A DNA stretch of 64,000 nucleotides from positions 1,969,074 through 2,033,073 of the forward strand of contig CBDDCK010000005.1 of NCBI GenBank assembly GCA_965225855.1, in the 5' to 3' direction. Position 1 is the first letter of the stretch. The number at the start of each line of letters is the position of its first letter. Shown here one piece after another: positions 9,778 through 20,297 of this stretch. A program made the position numbers and the translations under genes. The notes under the pieces are model-generated. The model did not search any database. It was not told where the DNA came from and saw only the letters and a list, made by a program, of their open reading frames with translations. Source of the DNA: Spirochaetia bacterium. Its GTDB lineage: Bacteria > Spirochaetota > Spirochaetia > SP-2023.

Positions 9778-10338
9778 ATGAGTTCGATTTCGCAATTATC
9801 TTTTGTTTCTCCTACAAAATTAGCGGAAGTAACCAGTAAATTGTCAGGAAAAGCAGAAGTCTGCCTTTCTGTTCCTGTGTCCGTAGATATTTCTTATTTG
9901 GAGACTGGCACTATTGTTTTGCTTTCTGGCACTATATATACCGCTCGAGATGCGGCGCATAAACTTATGATAGAAGGGTTAAAACAAAATTTGCCTTTGC
10001 CTTTTAATCCTGTGGGTCAAATTATTTATTATACTGGCCCCACACCTGAGCGTGCAGGCGAAGTTATTGGTTCGGCAGGCCCAACTAGTAGTTACCGTAT
10101 GGACCCTTACACCCCTGTTTTGTTGGAGCGAGGGCTAAAAGGGTGCATTGGCAAAGGCGAGCGTGGCTGTATGGAGGCTTTTGCCCTGTACGGCGCAAAG
10201 TATTTTTTAGCGGTAGGGGGTACTGGAGCCTTGATTTCTAAATGCATTAAGGCTTCGCGTGTTATCGCTTATGAAGAGTTGGGCACAGAAGCAATTCGTG
10301 AATTGCAAGTAGAGAACATGCGTGTGATTGTTGCATGA
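9778..10338 (+). CDS. Fe-S hydro-lyase (fumarate/tartrate) beta subunit
   Basis: TARDAAHK, GPTSSYRMDPYTP, IGKGER, ELGTEAIREL. Confidence 0.9.
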   Translation: MSSISQLSFVSPTKLAEVTSKLSGKAEVCLSVPVSVDISYLETGTIVLLSGTIYTARDAAHKLMIEGLKQNLPLPFNPVGQIIYYTGPTPERAGEVIGSAGPTSSYRMDPYTPVLLERGLKGCIGKGERGCMEAFALYGAKYFLAVGGTGALISKCIKASRVIAYEELGTEAIRELQVENMRVIVA

Positions 10339-10355
10339 TTTGTTTATGTAATTTT

Positions 10356-12005
10356 TTATAACCAAAAATTCTCAATATCTATATCTGTGAATATCCGGTG
10401 CTTTTCTTGGAGCTGTTTGAGCCAATGGTTATCCAATTTTCGGCGGGCAAGTCCTTGCAATATTGTTAGAGTGTTTTTAATGTGCTCGCTTGTTCTGGTA
10501 GTTGCATAATCTTTGTTCGTATCAGACTTTATCATAAAAGCCCAATCGGAAGCACAAGCTAAACAGAATTCCCGAATCAGCTGCTTGATAGCTTGTTGTA
10601 GACAAAATCCATATTCTTCGTTTTGATTATTTCTGTTTTCCTGTTGATTCAATTTTGATTTATAGTCTAAAATAACTTCTATACTTTCGTATAGTTCAAA
10701 TAATTGAGAGTATATCCAATCATTTTTTTGGTCAAGCCAAACTTGAGCATAACCATCTCGCCCCCAGCTACTAAAGCAAGGATTCAAAGTCTGAAAACAG
10801 TATTCTTTTTGTAAGTATTCACTAGGCGTTATAAACTTGAGACTAATTTTATCCGTTTTTTGCTGTTCATGGTTGGAGCGAAATAACTGCTCTAAAAAAT
10901 GTGGGCCTTCATGCCACCAGTGGCCAAAAAGTTCGGCATCGTAAACTGTACTAATCAAAGTTTGTTTGTTCATCAACAGACTTGCTTTTTGGCTGTGATC
11001 CCAAAGATGCTGTAAAAAATTCAACGAGTGCTGTTTGGTCAAAGTCAAAGCCTTATCTTTTTCATAAGGAGAATTGCAAACATTGCTTTTGCTATCGTGC
11101 TGTTGTTCAATGCGCCACAGTTTTATGCCTGTATAATAGCGCAAATTACCAAATGGCAGATATGGGCTCAATACTTCTAAATCCGCTTTATAACCGACAT
11201 CTTGGTAAAAATCTCTGTAAGCTTTTGCCCCTGGATAACCGATATGTTGATCCCAAATAATGGCAGAACTAGCTTGTTCCCGCGGGAATAGAATTAAACC
11301 TTCCGGGCTTTGGATAGGTGCAAAGCTACCATATTTTGGCAATTGGGAATTGCCCAGCATACCGTGTAAAGTGATGTAACAATAACGGATTCCTTCTTTT
11401 AGTAAAAGTTTATCAAGACCATCGTAGTAACCACATTCGGGCAACCAAATACCCAGAGATTCTTGATTGCCAAAGTGCTTTTCAAAGGTGGCAATGGCTA
11501 ATCGCAATTGTTGGCGTATTAACTTGGGGTACTCTTGGAAATTCGGTAGAAATGCATGGGTTGCACTTGTACACAATAAATCTAACATACCCTTATCGCG
11601 GTACTGGCGAAAGGCGGGAATTAAATTGCATTGATATTGTTTCTCAAATAGTAAAGCACTTTTTTGATAGAATTTTAAATAATCATCTAAAACTTGTCGT
11701 TCTGCTTCGAGACATTGCCAATTCTGCATTAAAGTTTTACACAAAGCCGATTGGCGTTCGAGGTATTCAAGATAGCGAACTTGTAATTCTGGGTAGTCTA
11801 GCATGGCCAATAATGTCGATGAGATAGATATTGCTAGACGACAGGGAATATTATCATTTTCCAAACGTTGGAACAGCTGTAATAAAGGTATATAAGTTTC
11901 GCTAATGGCTTCAAAAAACCAATTTTCTTCTAAAAATGAAGGATGCTCTGGGTGGTAAACATAGGGAAGGTGTGCATTTAAAAGAATACTAAAATAGTTA
12001 TCCAT
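10356..12005 (-). CDS. GH57 glycoside hydrolase / branching enzyme with DUF1957
   Basis: LNAHLPYV, ETYIPLL, WLPECGY, YDAELFGHWWHEG, ASDWAF. Confidence 0.93.
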   Translation of the reverse strand: MDNYFSILLNAHLPYVYHPEHPSFLEENWFFEAISETYIPLLQLFQRLENDNIPCRLAISISSTLLAMLDYPELQVRYLEYLERQSALCKTLMQNWQCLEAERQVLDDYLKFYQKSALLFEKQYQCNLIPAFRQYRDKGMLDLLCTSATHAFLPNFQEYPKLIRQQLRLAIATFEKHFGNQESLGIWLPECGYYDGLDKLLLKEGIRYCYITLHGMLGNSQLPKYGSFAPIQSPEGLILFPREQASSAIIWDQHIGYPGAKAYRDFYQDVGYKADLEVLSPYLPFGNLRYYTGIKLWRIEQQHDSKSNVCNSPYEKDKALTLTKQHSLNFLQHLWDHSQKASLLMNKQTLISTVYDAELFGHWWHEGPHFLEQLFRSNHEQQKTDKISLKFITPSEYLQKEYCFQTLNPCFSSWGRDGYAQVWLDQKNDWIYSQLFELYESIEVILDYKSKLNQQENRNNQNEEYGFCLQQAIKQLIREFCLACASDWAFMIKSDTNKDYATTRTSEHIKNTLTILQGLARRKLDNHWLKQLQEKHRIFTDIDIENFWL

Positions 12006-12030
12006 ACATCAAATCCGAGCTTAGATAATT

Positions 12031-13020
12031 TTAAGCCACATCAACTGAAGATAATGTTATTGAAGATGCTTTTATGGAAGGTCTAAAGTTGGATAACTCA
12101 TAAAGCTGGTAAGTCATTTGGGTTTCTGTATCAGAAGGAGGAGACATCTGCTGTACTTGGAGCAATTGAGGTTTGAAAACTATGGAAGAACGAGAGAGCA
12201 AAACATAACGATCAGTATCGCGATTGTAATAATAAATTTCTGCCCAATAGTATCTACGACCATTCGATAAGTAGATATATCGTTTATATTCTTCACTGCT
12301 AACAACAAATGAATAAAAGCCTGTCTCTTTCTGATTGAGAGCATTGAATTTATTATGTAAATGTTCGGATAGGGAAAAATTAGTGTTATTAAACCAGTTT
12401 ATCGTACTTAAAGAGTTATTGCCTAGGTCCGAATCAAAATTGGCAAAGTTTGCGAATTTTGCCAATTTTGATTGGTGGGTTAATTTAGGTATAGTAGAGC
12501 TTTCGTGAATAACGATAGATAAATTGGATTCTTCCTCTTGATTGTATGCTTGCCGGTTTTGTTCTTGCTTTTTTTGGTGAATGATTTTTTTCATATCTGT
12601 AGAAAGCTGCCAGAAAATTATAGCCCATTCCATATCCCGCAATATAAAGTGAATTTTATTTTTTGTTAGTCCTAATCCATCATTTAGATAGTTATGAGGT
12701 AAAGGCTCTATCATTACACCCGTATAATCTTGCTCCAATTCAAACTTATGTAGAGACTGCAATAGTGGTGAATTTAAATCATTTATTGATTCTGCACGTT
12801 GCTCAGCAATCACTTCAAATATTTCATCAATTAAATCTTCGTGCTCTTCTTGGTCAAGGAATTGGTTTTGTTCGTCCAGTAACTTTGAAGAACTTTTTGT
12901 ATGAGTGGAAATACCTTGAATATGATGAATATCCATAAAATTGACTGGGAGTATTCTCAGTTTGATTGCAATCTTTATCAATTTTAGCTGGCTTAAATCC
13001 TGCAGATGTGTTTTCGTCAT
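12031..13020 (-). CDS. DUF4912 domain protein
   Basis: LPHNY...KIHFILRDMEWAIIFWQ and YWAEI...LSRSS pattern; adjacent to GH57, the usual context. Confidence 0.65.
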   Translation of the reverse strand: MTKTHLQDLSQLKLIKIAIKLRILPVNFMDIHHIQGISTHTKSSSKLLDEQNQFLDQEEHEDLIDEIFEVIAEQRAESINDLNSPLLQSLHKFELEQDYTGVMIEPLPHNYLNDGLGLTKNKIHFILRDMEWAIIFWQLSTDMKKIIHQKKQEQNRQAYNQEEESNLSIVIHESSTIPKLTHQSKLAKFANFANFDSDLGNNSLSTINWFNNTNFSLSEHLHNKFNALNQKETGFYSFVVSSEEYKRYIYLSNGRRYYWAEIYYYNRDTDRYVLLSRSSIVFKPQLLQVQQMSPPSDTETQMTYQLYELSNFRPSIKASSITLSSVDVA

Positions 13021-13353
13021 TCAAAATTTCTCCAAGGTAACTAGAAATTTATTAAAGCTATAATTGCATTCTTTTTAGATGTAATAGGTTAATTATATGT
13101 TAGAATTAAAGAATTTTAGACATAGCTCGCTATTTATAATGGCAAACATTATATACTTAAGGCTTTATCCATAATCGGTTAAGTAACGCTATTGTAAAGA
13201 AATAAAACCTTTATACTATTTTTGTGAAAGTGGACATAATTGTAATGATCATTCTATTTTTATTCAAGTTTTTTAAAAATATTTCTTCATTTTTTATTAG
13301 AGCTGTATTTATTGGTAAAATGTAGAACATTTAGCTTTACATATTTAGGTTTT

Positions 13354-14193
13354 TTATTTTCGTATCGTAAATATTGGGCTATGTTCCCAAGTATATTTTT
13401 GGGTATTGGTACTATTTTGTTCTGTGAGCGGAGCAGGTAAATAATTTTGTTCTGAATCAATAGTAGTGGGGTAGGGCAGGATAACTAGAGCCGAACCTTG
13501 TTCTATGCTAATTTGGGCTGTGTGAGTGGTAGCCCAGTTGCTAAGACTATAAGGTAAGTTTGTCTTGGGTAAACTATGTAGGGGCCATTTTAGTTGTTCT
13601 GAATACAGCCGGCTTTCTATGGATAGGGGAAAGACAGAGAGTAATAGAGGTTGGGAGTTGCATTTTCCCAAGTGATCGTTTGATTGATTTATAGGGGAAG
13701 CTGCGTTAGTTTGCCGTGGCCAATTTAATTCAATTTGTTCGCCAGCTTCTAAGTAAAAAATTGCTTCATAGTGGGTTAGCCAAAGTTTTGGCAATACAGG
13801 ATAACGCTGGAATTGATAGTCATAGATCATGGCTAAGAAATGATCACTGCGCTTGCCCCCTCCACCGACTTGGATAATATTATGGTGGCCTTGTTGTGTT
13901 AAGTATTCCAGTGCTAGGTTGCGGTCGCTTTCGTCTTTGTTAGTAGGGAAGTACAAGCACTGGGTATTGATATTTGGACTTTGGAATAGGCTATGATCTA
14001 CTGGAGTTGAATCAAAGTCTCCAATAATGGCTTCGAGATTTACTTGGTAGTCTTTTGCTAGTTGGCAGCCTCCATCAGCAGCAACCCAGTATAGTTTTTG
14101 CTTTGCAGCAGACGGCAAAAATAATTCTAGCTGTTTACTACAAGGTGCTTCGCCAGCAAGGAGTAGGCCTGCACTAAACTCGAAACTATCCAT
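13354..14193 (-). CDS. thiN: thiamine diphosphokinase
   Basis: VAADGG, IIGDFDS, KDESD, GGGGKRSDH, SLSN. Confidence 0.88.
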   Translation of the reverse strand: MDSFEFSAGLLLAGEAPCSKQLELFLPSAAKQKLYWVAADGGCQLAKDYQVNLEAIIGDFDSTPVDHSLFQSPNINTQCLYFPTNKDESDRNLALEYLTQQGHHNIIQVGGGGKRSDHFLAMIYDYQFQRYPVLPKLWLTHYEAIFYLEAGEQIELNWPRQTNAASPINQSNDHLGKCNSQPLLLSVFPLSIESRLYSEQLKWPLHSLPKTNLPYSLSNWATTHTAQISIEQGSALVILPYPTTIDSEQNYLPAPLTEQNSTNTQKYTWEHSPIFTIRK

Positions 14194-15280
14194 CAGTATA
14201 AGTACCCAATAATTTATTCACTGTTTGTATTGTTTGTGCGGCATGTTCTCTAGCGATATTACAACCCCTGGCCAATATTTGATCGACATAGTCCATATTG
14301 GATTCCAGCTCTTTGCGTTTTTTGCGAATGGGTTCCAGTTTGCTATTTAATTGTTCGGTTACTACTTGTTTTAAGGTTCGGGCACCGCCATCGCCAATGC
14401 TTTGGGCTATATTTTCAGGCTTTTCACCATTACATAAGCTGATAATTTGTAACAAATTGGCTACTTCTGGGCGGCGTTCTATTTCGTAGGTAATTAGGCG
14501 TTCGCTATCTGTTTTAGCCTTTTTAATGGCTTGGGTTACTTGATCTGCGGTGGCCGAAAGTTCAATACTATTCCCTCGACTTTTGCTCATTTTCGATGAA
14601 CCATCTAAACCTATGATGGCCGGAGCTTGGCTAAGTAGGCCTATGGGTTTCTTAAAATAAGGTTGTTTGGGGCTATATCGTTGGTTGAAACGCCGAGCAA
14701 TGTTGCGTGTCAATTCGATATGGGGGAGTTGGTCTTTCCCTACTGGGACAATGTTGCCATGACAAAATAGAATGTCGGCTGCTTGATGCACAGGGTAGGT
14801 CAATAATAATGCTGTAAGCTGTTCTAGTTTGGAATGCTGTAGTTCTTCCTTGGTTGTGGGGTTGCGCTCTAATTCTTTTTGGGTCACTAAAGTTAAAAAC
14901 GGCAGTAGAAGTTGGTTTAATTCAGGTACTTGGCTATGGGCAAAGATATGCACAGGATAATGTTCTGGGTCTATACCTACGGCTAAATAATCTAAGCACA
15001 ATTGGCGGGTAAAGTAGGAAATATCATTGCCTTGGTCTCGGTCCGTCAATACTTGGTAGTCGGCAATGACAATAAAGGTTTCCAAACCTAATGCTTGCAT
15101 TGTGATTCTATTGCATAGGGAACCAAAATAATGGCCAATATGCAACCTACCCGTAGGTCGATCTCCTGTGAGAACACGGTAATTCTTGCGGTTTTCTGGC
15201 TTTTTTAAGGTTTGCTGCAATGCTTGGCTTTCAGCAATAGCGGCTTCATAGCTGTTGCTATTATTAAAATTTTCTACCAT
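14186..15280 (-). CDS. trpS: tryptophan--tRNA ligase
   Basis: TGDRPTGRLHIGHY, VPVGKDQ, KMSKS. Confidence 0.97.
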   Translation of the reverse strand: MVENFNNSNSYEAAIAESQALQQTLKKPENRKNYRVLTGDRPTGRLHIGHYFGSLCNRITMQALGLETFIVIADYQVLTDRDQGNDISYFTRQLCLDYLAVGIDPEHYPVHIFAHSQVPELNQLLLPFLTLVTQKELERNPTTKEELQHSKLEQLTALLLTYPVHQAADILFCHGNIVPVGKDQLPHIELTRNIARRFNQRYSPKQPYFKKPIGLLSQAPAIIGLDGSSKMSKSRGNSIELSATADQVTQAIKKAKTDSERLITYEIERRPEVANLLQIISLCNGEKPENIAQSIGDGGARTLKQVVTEQLNSKLEPIRKKRKELESNMDYVDQILARGCNIAREHAAQTIQTVNKLLGTYTDG

Positions 15281-15755
15281 AAACCCCAATAGTATAGATA
15301 TGTTTCTATTTAGGCAAGATCGCTTTTAGATTTATCTCTACATATCGAAATTTAATCATCGCAAGCCTTGCTAAAGTTTTCCTGTAGCTTGTAATTGATA
15401 CTCAACAGTTAAACTTTAAAATATTGATTGTGCTTTAGTAATTTACTGGTAATTGTGTTGATTTTTGTTATTATTTTATGATCAATTAACTTGTATTCCT
15501 ATTTTATGATAGCTGTACCTTAGAGTAAATTTATCATAAAAACAACAAATATCTTGGTACTTTATTGTTTATATAATACTTTAATTTTACAATAATGATA
15601 TATTTGTTTTTAATATTCGATATTTGGAACAAGAATTATAATTTATTGTTAGAGTAGGTGCTAATGCTATTGCCAAATATATAAATTATCCTGTAAAATG
15701 GCATTCTAAAATAGAAAAGCTTGATCATGCTAGAATCAATTGGAGGTAAACTAAT

Positions 15756-16448
15756 ATGAGCATTGAATATGGTATTTATAATATCGGCAATAATCGTTAT
15801 GCTGGACGAGTTATTAATTCGGGGCAGCTAACGGAAAAGGAATTTTTAGATGAGTTAGATTTGTTATTCCCAGAAGTAGGACGAGACAAATTAGCTGCAA
15901 TATTTGAACAAGGGCTTCGGATTGCTAATGAAAAGCTAGCCGATAATTGGGTAGTGCATACTCCTTTAGTTAGCTTTCGACCTTCGGTCAAAGGTGCTTT
16001 CACTAGCAGAGATGACCAATTTAACCCCGATCGTAATTCAAAAGATGTTTCAGCTTTAAGACCTCGTGCTATGCAAAAAGCAATACAGAATGTTGCTTAT
16101 ACTAAGGTTGCGGTACGGGCAGTCCAACCGCATCCTGTCGATCTATATGATGCAAAGTCTCAAACCCATAATGATGAACTAAGTTTAGGCGGTATGGCAG
16201 AGCTAAGTGGTGATGAACTGAATTTTGATCAAACTAATGATAGTGAAGGAGTGTTCTTTCGCGCGCTTTCCGATGCTACAGAAATAAAGGTAGCCGATTA
16301 TTTAAAGGTTACCAATAATAGGGTTATTTTTAGTGTGCCTTCTAGTAAAATGCCGACTGGAGAATATGTATTGCTAGTACGGCGTAGCTATACCGTACGC
16401 AAAGAACTCCGTACTGGTGAGCTCAATGTAGTTTTGACTTTGAGTTAA
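15756..16448 (+). CDS. HU-like DNA-binding domain / DUF4469 protein
   Basis: N-terminal HU-like region (VHTPLVSFRPSVKGAF) and C-terminal Ig-like tail (GVFF...GEYVLLVR...ELRTG); GGAGG RBS. Confidence 0.75.
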   Translation: MSIEYGIYNIGNNRYAGRVINSGQLTEKEFLDELDLLFPEVGRDKLAAIFEQGLRIANEKLADNWVVHTPLVSFRPSVKGAFTSRDDQFNPDRNSKDVSALRPRAMQKAIQNVAYTKVAVRAVQPHPVDLYDAKSQTHNDELSLGGMAELSGDELNFDQTNDSEGVFFRALSDATEIKVADYLKVTNNRVIFSVPSSKMPTGEYVLLVRRSYTVRKELRTGELNVVLTLS

Positions 16449-16544
16449 AAGTTATAGTTTTAGGTAGGGTAATTTTATTGAATATAAATGGAACTTAGTA
16501 GTTATTGTTCATAAAATATAATGAAAGTTTATTGAGGAGTAGTT

Positions 16545-17678
16545 ATGGCTAAAGAACCTTTAAAAATTGATGATTCCCAAAAGAAAAAGGTAATTTTAAA
16601 CCGTTTGGATATGTCCTTTGGGGAATTATTAAACATGTATAAAGAGGGAGAGCTAATTATTAGGCCAGAATATCAAAGAGCCTTCCGCTGGGATAGTACC
16701 AAGCAATCGGCTTTTATCGAAAGTATTTTGTTGGATTTACCAATTCCTTCTATATTTGTCTATTCTACCGTAGAAGATAATACTTACGAGCTACTTGATG
16801 GTTTGCAACGTTTATCTACAGTATTTGCATTTATGAGAGAGCTAAAAAGTAAAGATGGAAAGTCAGATAAGCGCAATGGTTTTCGTCTCAAACAAGCTCC
16901 TCTGCTACCTGAATTAGTGGGCAAAGCCTATGATGGCTTACATATAAAGACTCAAAGAGCGATTAAAAGACGCTATATTCGTATGGATATATTGAGTAGT
17001 CAAAGTAGTGAAGATGTAAAATATGAATTTTTCAAACGGATAAATTCTAATTCGGAACGTTTGTCTGACCAAGAAATGAGAAATTGTATTTATCATGGAG
17101 AATATAATAGCTCTATTGTTGCTTTAGCAGATGAGATTTCTGGTAATCAGAAATATGTAGACTTTATCTTTGAGCTTTCGGATAAAAAGAAAGATAATAT
17201 GTATTTAGAAGAGCTAATACTACGCTATTATGCTTTTGCAGATACAAAAAAATTAGAACAATTTAACAAAGAAGTAAAAGCATATAGTGATCCTCGCTAT
17301 TTAGATTATTTTATGCAGATGGTCAATCAAAACAAAGAACCATTTATAAAACAAGAATTTTTGGAAAAGATAGAATTATTGGACTCCCTTTATGAACATT
17401 GTCCCAAAAGTTTGCGTAATATATTTCGTAACCCAAATACTGGCCATTTTACCAGGGGAATATATGATTGTATTATGCAAGGTCTTTATAGTTGTTGGGA
17501 TATAATAGGACTTTCTAAAGATAGAATAAGCCATGAAAAGAGACAAAATTTAAAGGAAAAAATAGAAAAATTCAAAACGGAAATAGTGCCTAAACAATAT
17601 AAAGAAATTAATGAAGACTTTTGGAAACCTACAATTGAACTAATTGATATGGCCAAAGAATTTTTTAGCCAATCTTAA
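16545..17678 (+). CDS. DUF262 (ParB/GmrS-like) domain protein
   Basis: PEYQRAFRW, FIESILLDLPIPSIF, DGLQRLST, FKRINS, QEMRN. Confidence 0.9.
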   Translation: MAKEPLKIDDSQKKKVILNRLDMSFGELLNMYKEGELIIRPEYQRAFRWDSTKQSAFIESILLDLPIPSIFVYSTVEDNTYELLDGLQRLSTVFAFMRELKSKDGKSDKRNGFRLKQAPLLPELVGKAYDGLHIKTQRAIKRRYIRMDILSSQSSEDVKYEFFKRINSNSERLSDQEMRNCIYHGEYNSSIVALADEISGNQKYVDFIFELSDKKKDNMYLEELILRYYAFADTKKLEQFNKEVKAYSDPRYLDYFMQMVNQNKEPFIKQEFLEKIELLDSLYEHCPKSLRNIFRNPNTGHFTRGIYDCIMQGLYSCWDIIGLSKDRISHEKRQNLKEKIEKFKTEIVPKQYKEINEDFWKPTIELIDMAKEFFSQS

Positions 17679-17683
17679 ATGTT

Positions 17684-18259
17684 ATGGAATCTGGGTATCA
17701 AGTTCCATTTTCGCTGGAACAAGAAAAACAACATGTAAACAAGTTTAAAGAAATAATAAATACGAATGATTTTATAAATTTGGCCATTTATCTTTTACTA
17801 TATGCTGTTTGGGAACGAGTTATTAAGAAAAGTATAAGATATATTGCAGTTAATATTACAAAACAAGAAGGTTTATATATTGGTGATTTAAATAATGATC
17901 TACAACAATATATAATAGCTAAACTGATTGTCAGTAATAAGAATAAGGCTTATATAGATATTCAAAAAATATCATTATCTACCATAAAGTTAGAAAGATT
18001 GCTAGAGAGTAATATAGATATTCAATTTGATTCATTAAAGAGTATTGCTAAATATTACCAATATTTTGGCTTAGATCTTCATAGTAAGATTCGTGATAAA
18101 AATTATCATGAACCGATAAGGCTTTTATGCAGATCTCGGAATAAGATTGCCCATGGAGAGATATTACATATTAGTTACAAAGATGAATCGCGTAATATAG
18201 AAAATATTATTGTTACTATTTTTAGTTTATTTGATATTATTCAAATATTGGTAAATTAG
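17684..18259 (+). CDS. HEPN-like nuclease (MAE_28990/MAE_18760-like)
   Basis: LLLYAVWE helix and RNKIAHG (Rx4H) HEPN motif; immediately downstream of DUF262. Confidence 0.75.
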   Translation: MESGYQVPFSLEQEKQHVNKFKEIINTNDFINLAIYLLLYAVWERVIKKSIRYIAVNITKQEGLYIGDLNNDLQQYIIAKLIVSNKNKAYIDIQKISLSTIKLERLLESNIDIQFDSLKSIAKYYQYFGLDLHSKIRDKNYHEPIRLLCRSRNKIAHGEILHISYKDESRNIENIIVTIFSLFDIIQILVN

Positions 18260-18356
18260 TTTTACAACAAAAAATAGATAATTACAAAATAATATTACCT
18301 AATCTTGGTTTAATTTTAATGATATTTTGTACTGGGTAGAATATAAGGAATAAGTT

Positions 18357-18689
18357 ATGAAACACAAAATACGTGGCTACTCTGAAGAACTTTATGAGTA
18401 TATACGCAATAATTCTCTTCGTTTGCCTAACTATATGGCAGAGCTAAGTGATGATCAACTGAATTTTGATCAAAGTAATGATAGTGAAGGAGTGTTCTTT
18501 CGCGCGCTTTCCGATGCTACAGAAATAAAGGTAGCCGAATATTTAAAGGTTACCAATAATAGGATTATTTTTAGTGTGCCTTCTAGTAAAATGCCGGCTG
18601 GAGAATATGTATTGCTAGTACGGCGTAGCTATACCGTACGTAAAGAACTCGGTACTGGTGAGCTCAATGTAGTTTTGACTTTGAGTTAG
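18357..18689 (+). pseudogene. chimeric ORF: O-methyltransferase N-terminus fused to DUF4469 C-terminus
   Basis: 18340-18443 matches 20515-20618; 18434-18698 matches 16193-16457; junction TATGGCAGAG. Confidence 0.92.
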
Positions 18690-18699
18690 AAGTTATAGA

Positions 18700-19554
18700 A
18701 TGCAAGTCCAAGATACCGTATATACTAAGATAATACTTGGTGATTGCAGAGAAGAACTAAAGCAAATAGATGCTAATACGATTGACTTAGTCTTTACATC
18801 ACCTCCGTATGCAGATCAAAGAAAAAAATCTTACGGAGGCATTCATTTTAACAATTATGTCGATTGGTTTATTCCTATAGGAGAAGAACTACTAAGGGTT
18901 TTACGACCAACTGGTACTTTTGTTTTAAATATCAAAGAAAAAGTTATTAATGGTGAACGAAGTACTTATGTGCTAAAGCTTATTATTGAGTTAAAAAAAC
19001 AAGGATGGCTATGGACAGAAGAATTTATATGGCATAAGAAAAATAGTTATCCAGGAAAATGGCCCAATCGTTTTAGGGATTCATGGGAACGTTTACTGCA
19101 GTTCAATAAAGCCAAACATTTTAATATGTATCAAGAAGAAGTGATGGTGCCAATGGGGGATTGGGCGACACAAAGGTTAAAGAATCTTAGTTACACAGAC
19201 ACAATTCGTGATGAGTCAAAAGCTGGAAGTGGCTTCGGTAAGAATATATCTAATTGGGTAAACAGGAATATGGCTTATCCAACTAATGTATTACATATGG
19301 CTACTGAATGTTCCAATAAAAACCATAGTGCGGTATTTCCTAAGTCTTTACCAGAATGGTTCATTCGACTATTTACTAGAGAAGGGGATATTATATTAGA
19401 CCCTTTTATGGGATCAGGTACAACAAATATAGTCGCAAAAGAAATGAATAGAAATTCTATAGGTATTGAAATATTGCCAGAATATTATGAAATTGCCGAT
19501 AAAGTATTAAATCAGAACAAAACAATAGAGCAAATTAATATGGAGCTATTATGA
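18700..19554 (+). CDS. site-specific DNA methyltransferase (beta class, SPPY; likely m4C)
   Basis: TSPPY near N-terminus; HSAVFP and DPFMGSGTT near C-terminus. Confidence 0.93.
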   Translation: MQVQDTVYTKIILGDCREELKQIDANTIDLVFTSPPYADQRKKSYGGIHFNNYVDWFIPIGEELLRVLRPTGTFVLNIKEKVINGERSTYVLKLIIELKKQGWLWTEEFIWHKKNSYPGKWPNRFRDSWERLLQFNKAKHFNMYQEEVMVPMGDWATQRLKNLSYTDTIRDESKAGSGFGKNISNWVNRNMAYPTNVLHMATECSNKNHSAVFPKSLPEWFIRLFTREGDIILDPFMGSGTTNIVAKEMNRNSIGIEILPEYYEIADKVLNQNKTIEQINMELL

Positions 19555-20297
19555 ATAAACTAATATTAAGCCAAATTAATAGTTATGTTGAAGCTAATAT
19601 AGAGATCTTCCATCAAAAAAGAATAGAACGGTTAGCTATGCTAAAGCTTAGGAACATATTAAAGAAAAAGAATCCTTATTTATTTAGAGTTAAGAATCTG
19701 AATACTTCAGAACAGATAATAAGAAGTATTTCAGATGCATTTATTTCTTCGTCAGAAGAAACTATTTTTGGCGACTGGCTAAAAGGGTTGGCTATATTTG
19801 TCAATCAGATTGTTTATAATGGTATTAAGTCAGGAATAAAAAGTATTGATCTTGAATTTAATTACAAAGAACACCGATATATAGTTTCTATTAAGTCTGG
19901 TCCCAATTGGGGGAATAGTAGTCAAATAGAAAAGATGCGTATGGATTTTAATACAGCGAAGAAAACTTTGAGAACTAGCAATGCAAATATGAGTGTTATT
20001 GCTATTAATGGCTGTTGTTATGGAATAGAAAATAAACCTGATAAAGGAGATTATTTTAAGTATTGTGGTCAATCATTCTGGGCATTTATATCGGGAGAAC
20101 GGAACTTATATAAAGATATTATCGAACCATTAGGTTATAAAGCAAAAGAAAAGAATGATAATTTTAATAATGAGTATTCTAAAATGATAAATAGATTTAC
20201 AAAAGAATTTATTGATTTTTTTTGTAAATTAGATGGTTCTATCGATTGGGCTAAATTAATGGAGTATAATTCAGCCATTAGTTCTTCTAGCAAATAA
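19551..20297 (+). CDS. PmeII-family type II restriction endonuclease
   Basis: KKNPYLF, SSEETIFGDWL, IDLE...IKSGPNWGN, GCCYG; ATGA overlap with MTase. Confidence 0.8.
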   Translation: MNKLILSQINSYVEANIEIFHQKRIERLAMLKLRNILKKKNPYLFRVKNLNTSEQIIRSISDAFISSSEETIFGDWLKGLAIFVNQIVYNGIKSGIKSIDLEFNYKEHRYIVSIKSGPNWGNSSQIEKMRMDFNTAKKTLRTSNANMSVIAINGCCYGIENKPDKGDYFKYCGQSFWAFISGERNLYKDIIEPLGYKAKEKNDNFNNEYSKMINRFTKEFIDFFCKLDGSIDWAKLMEYNSAISSSSK

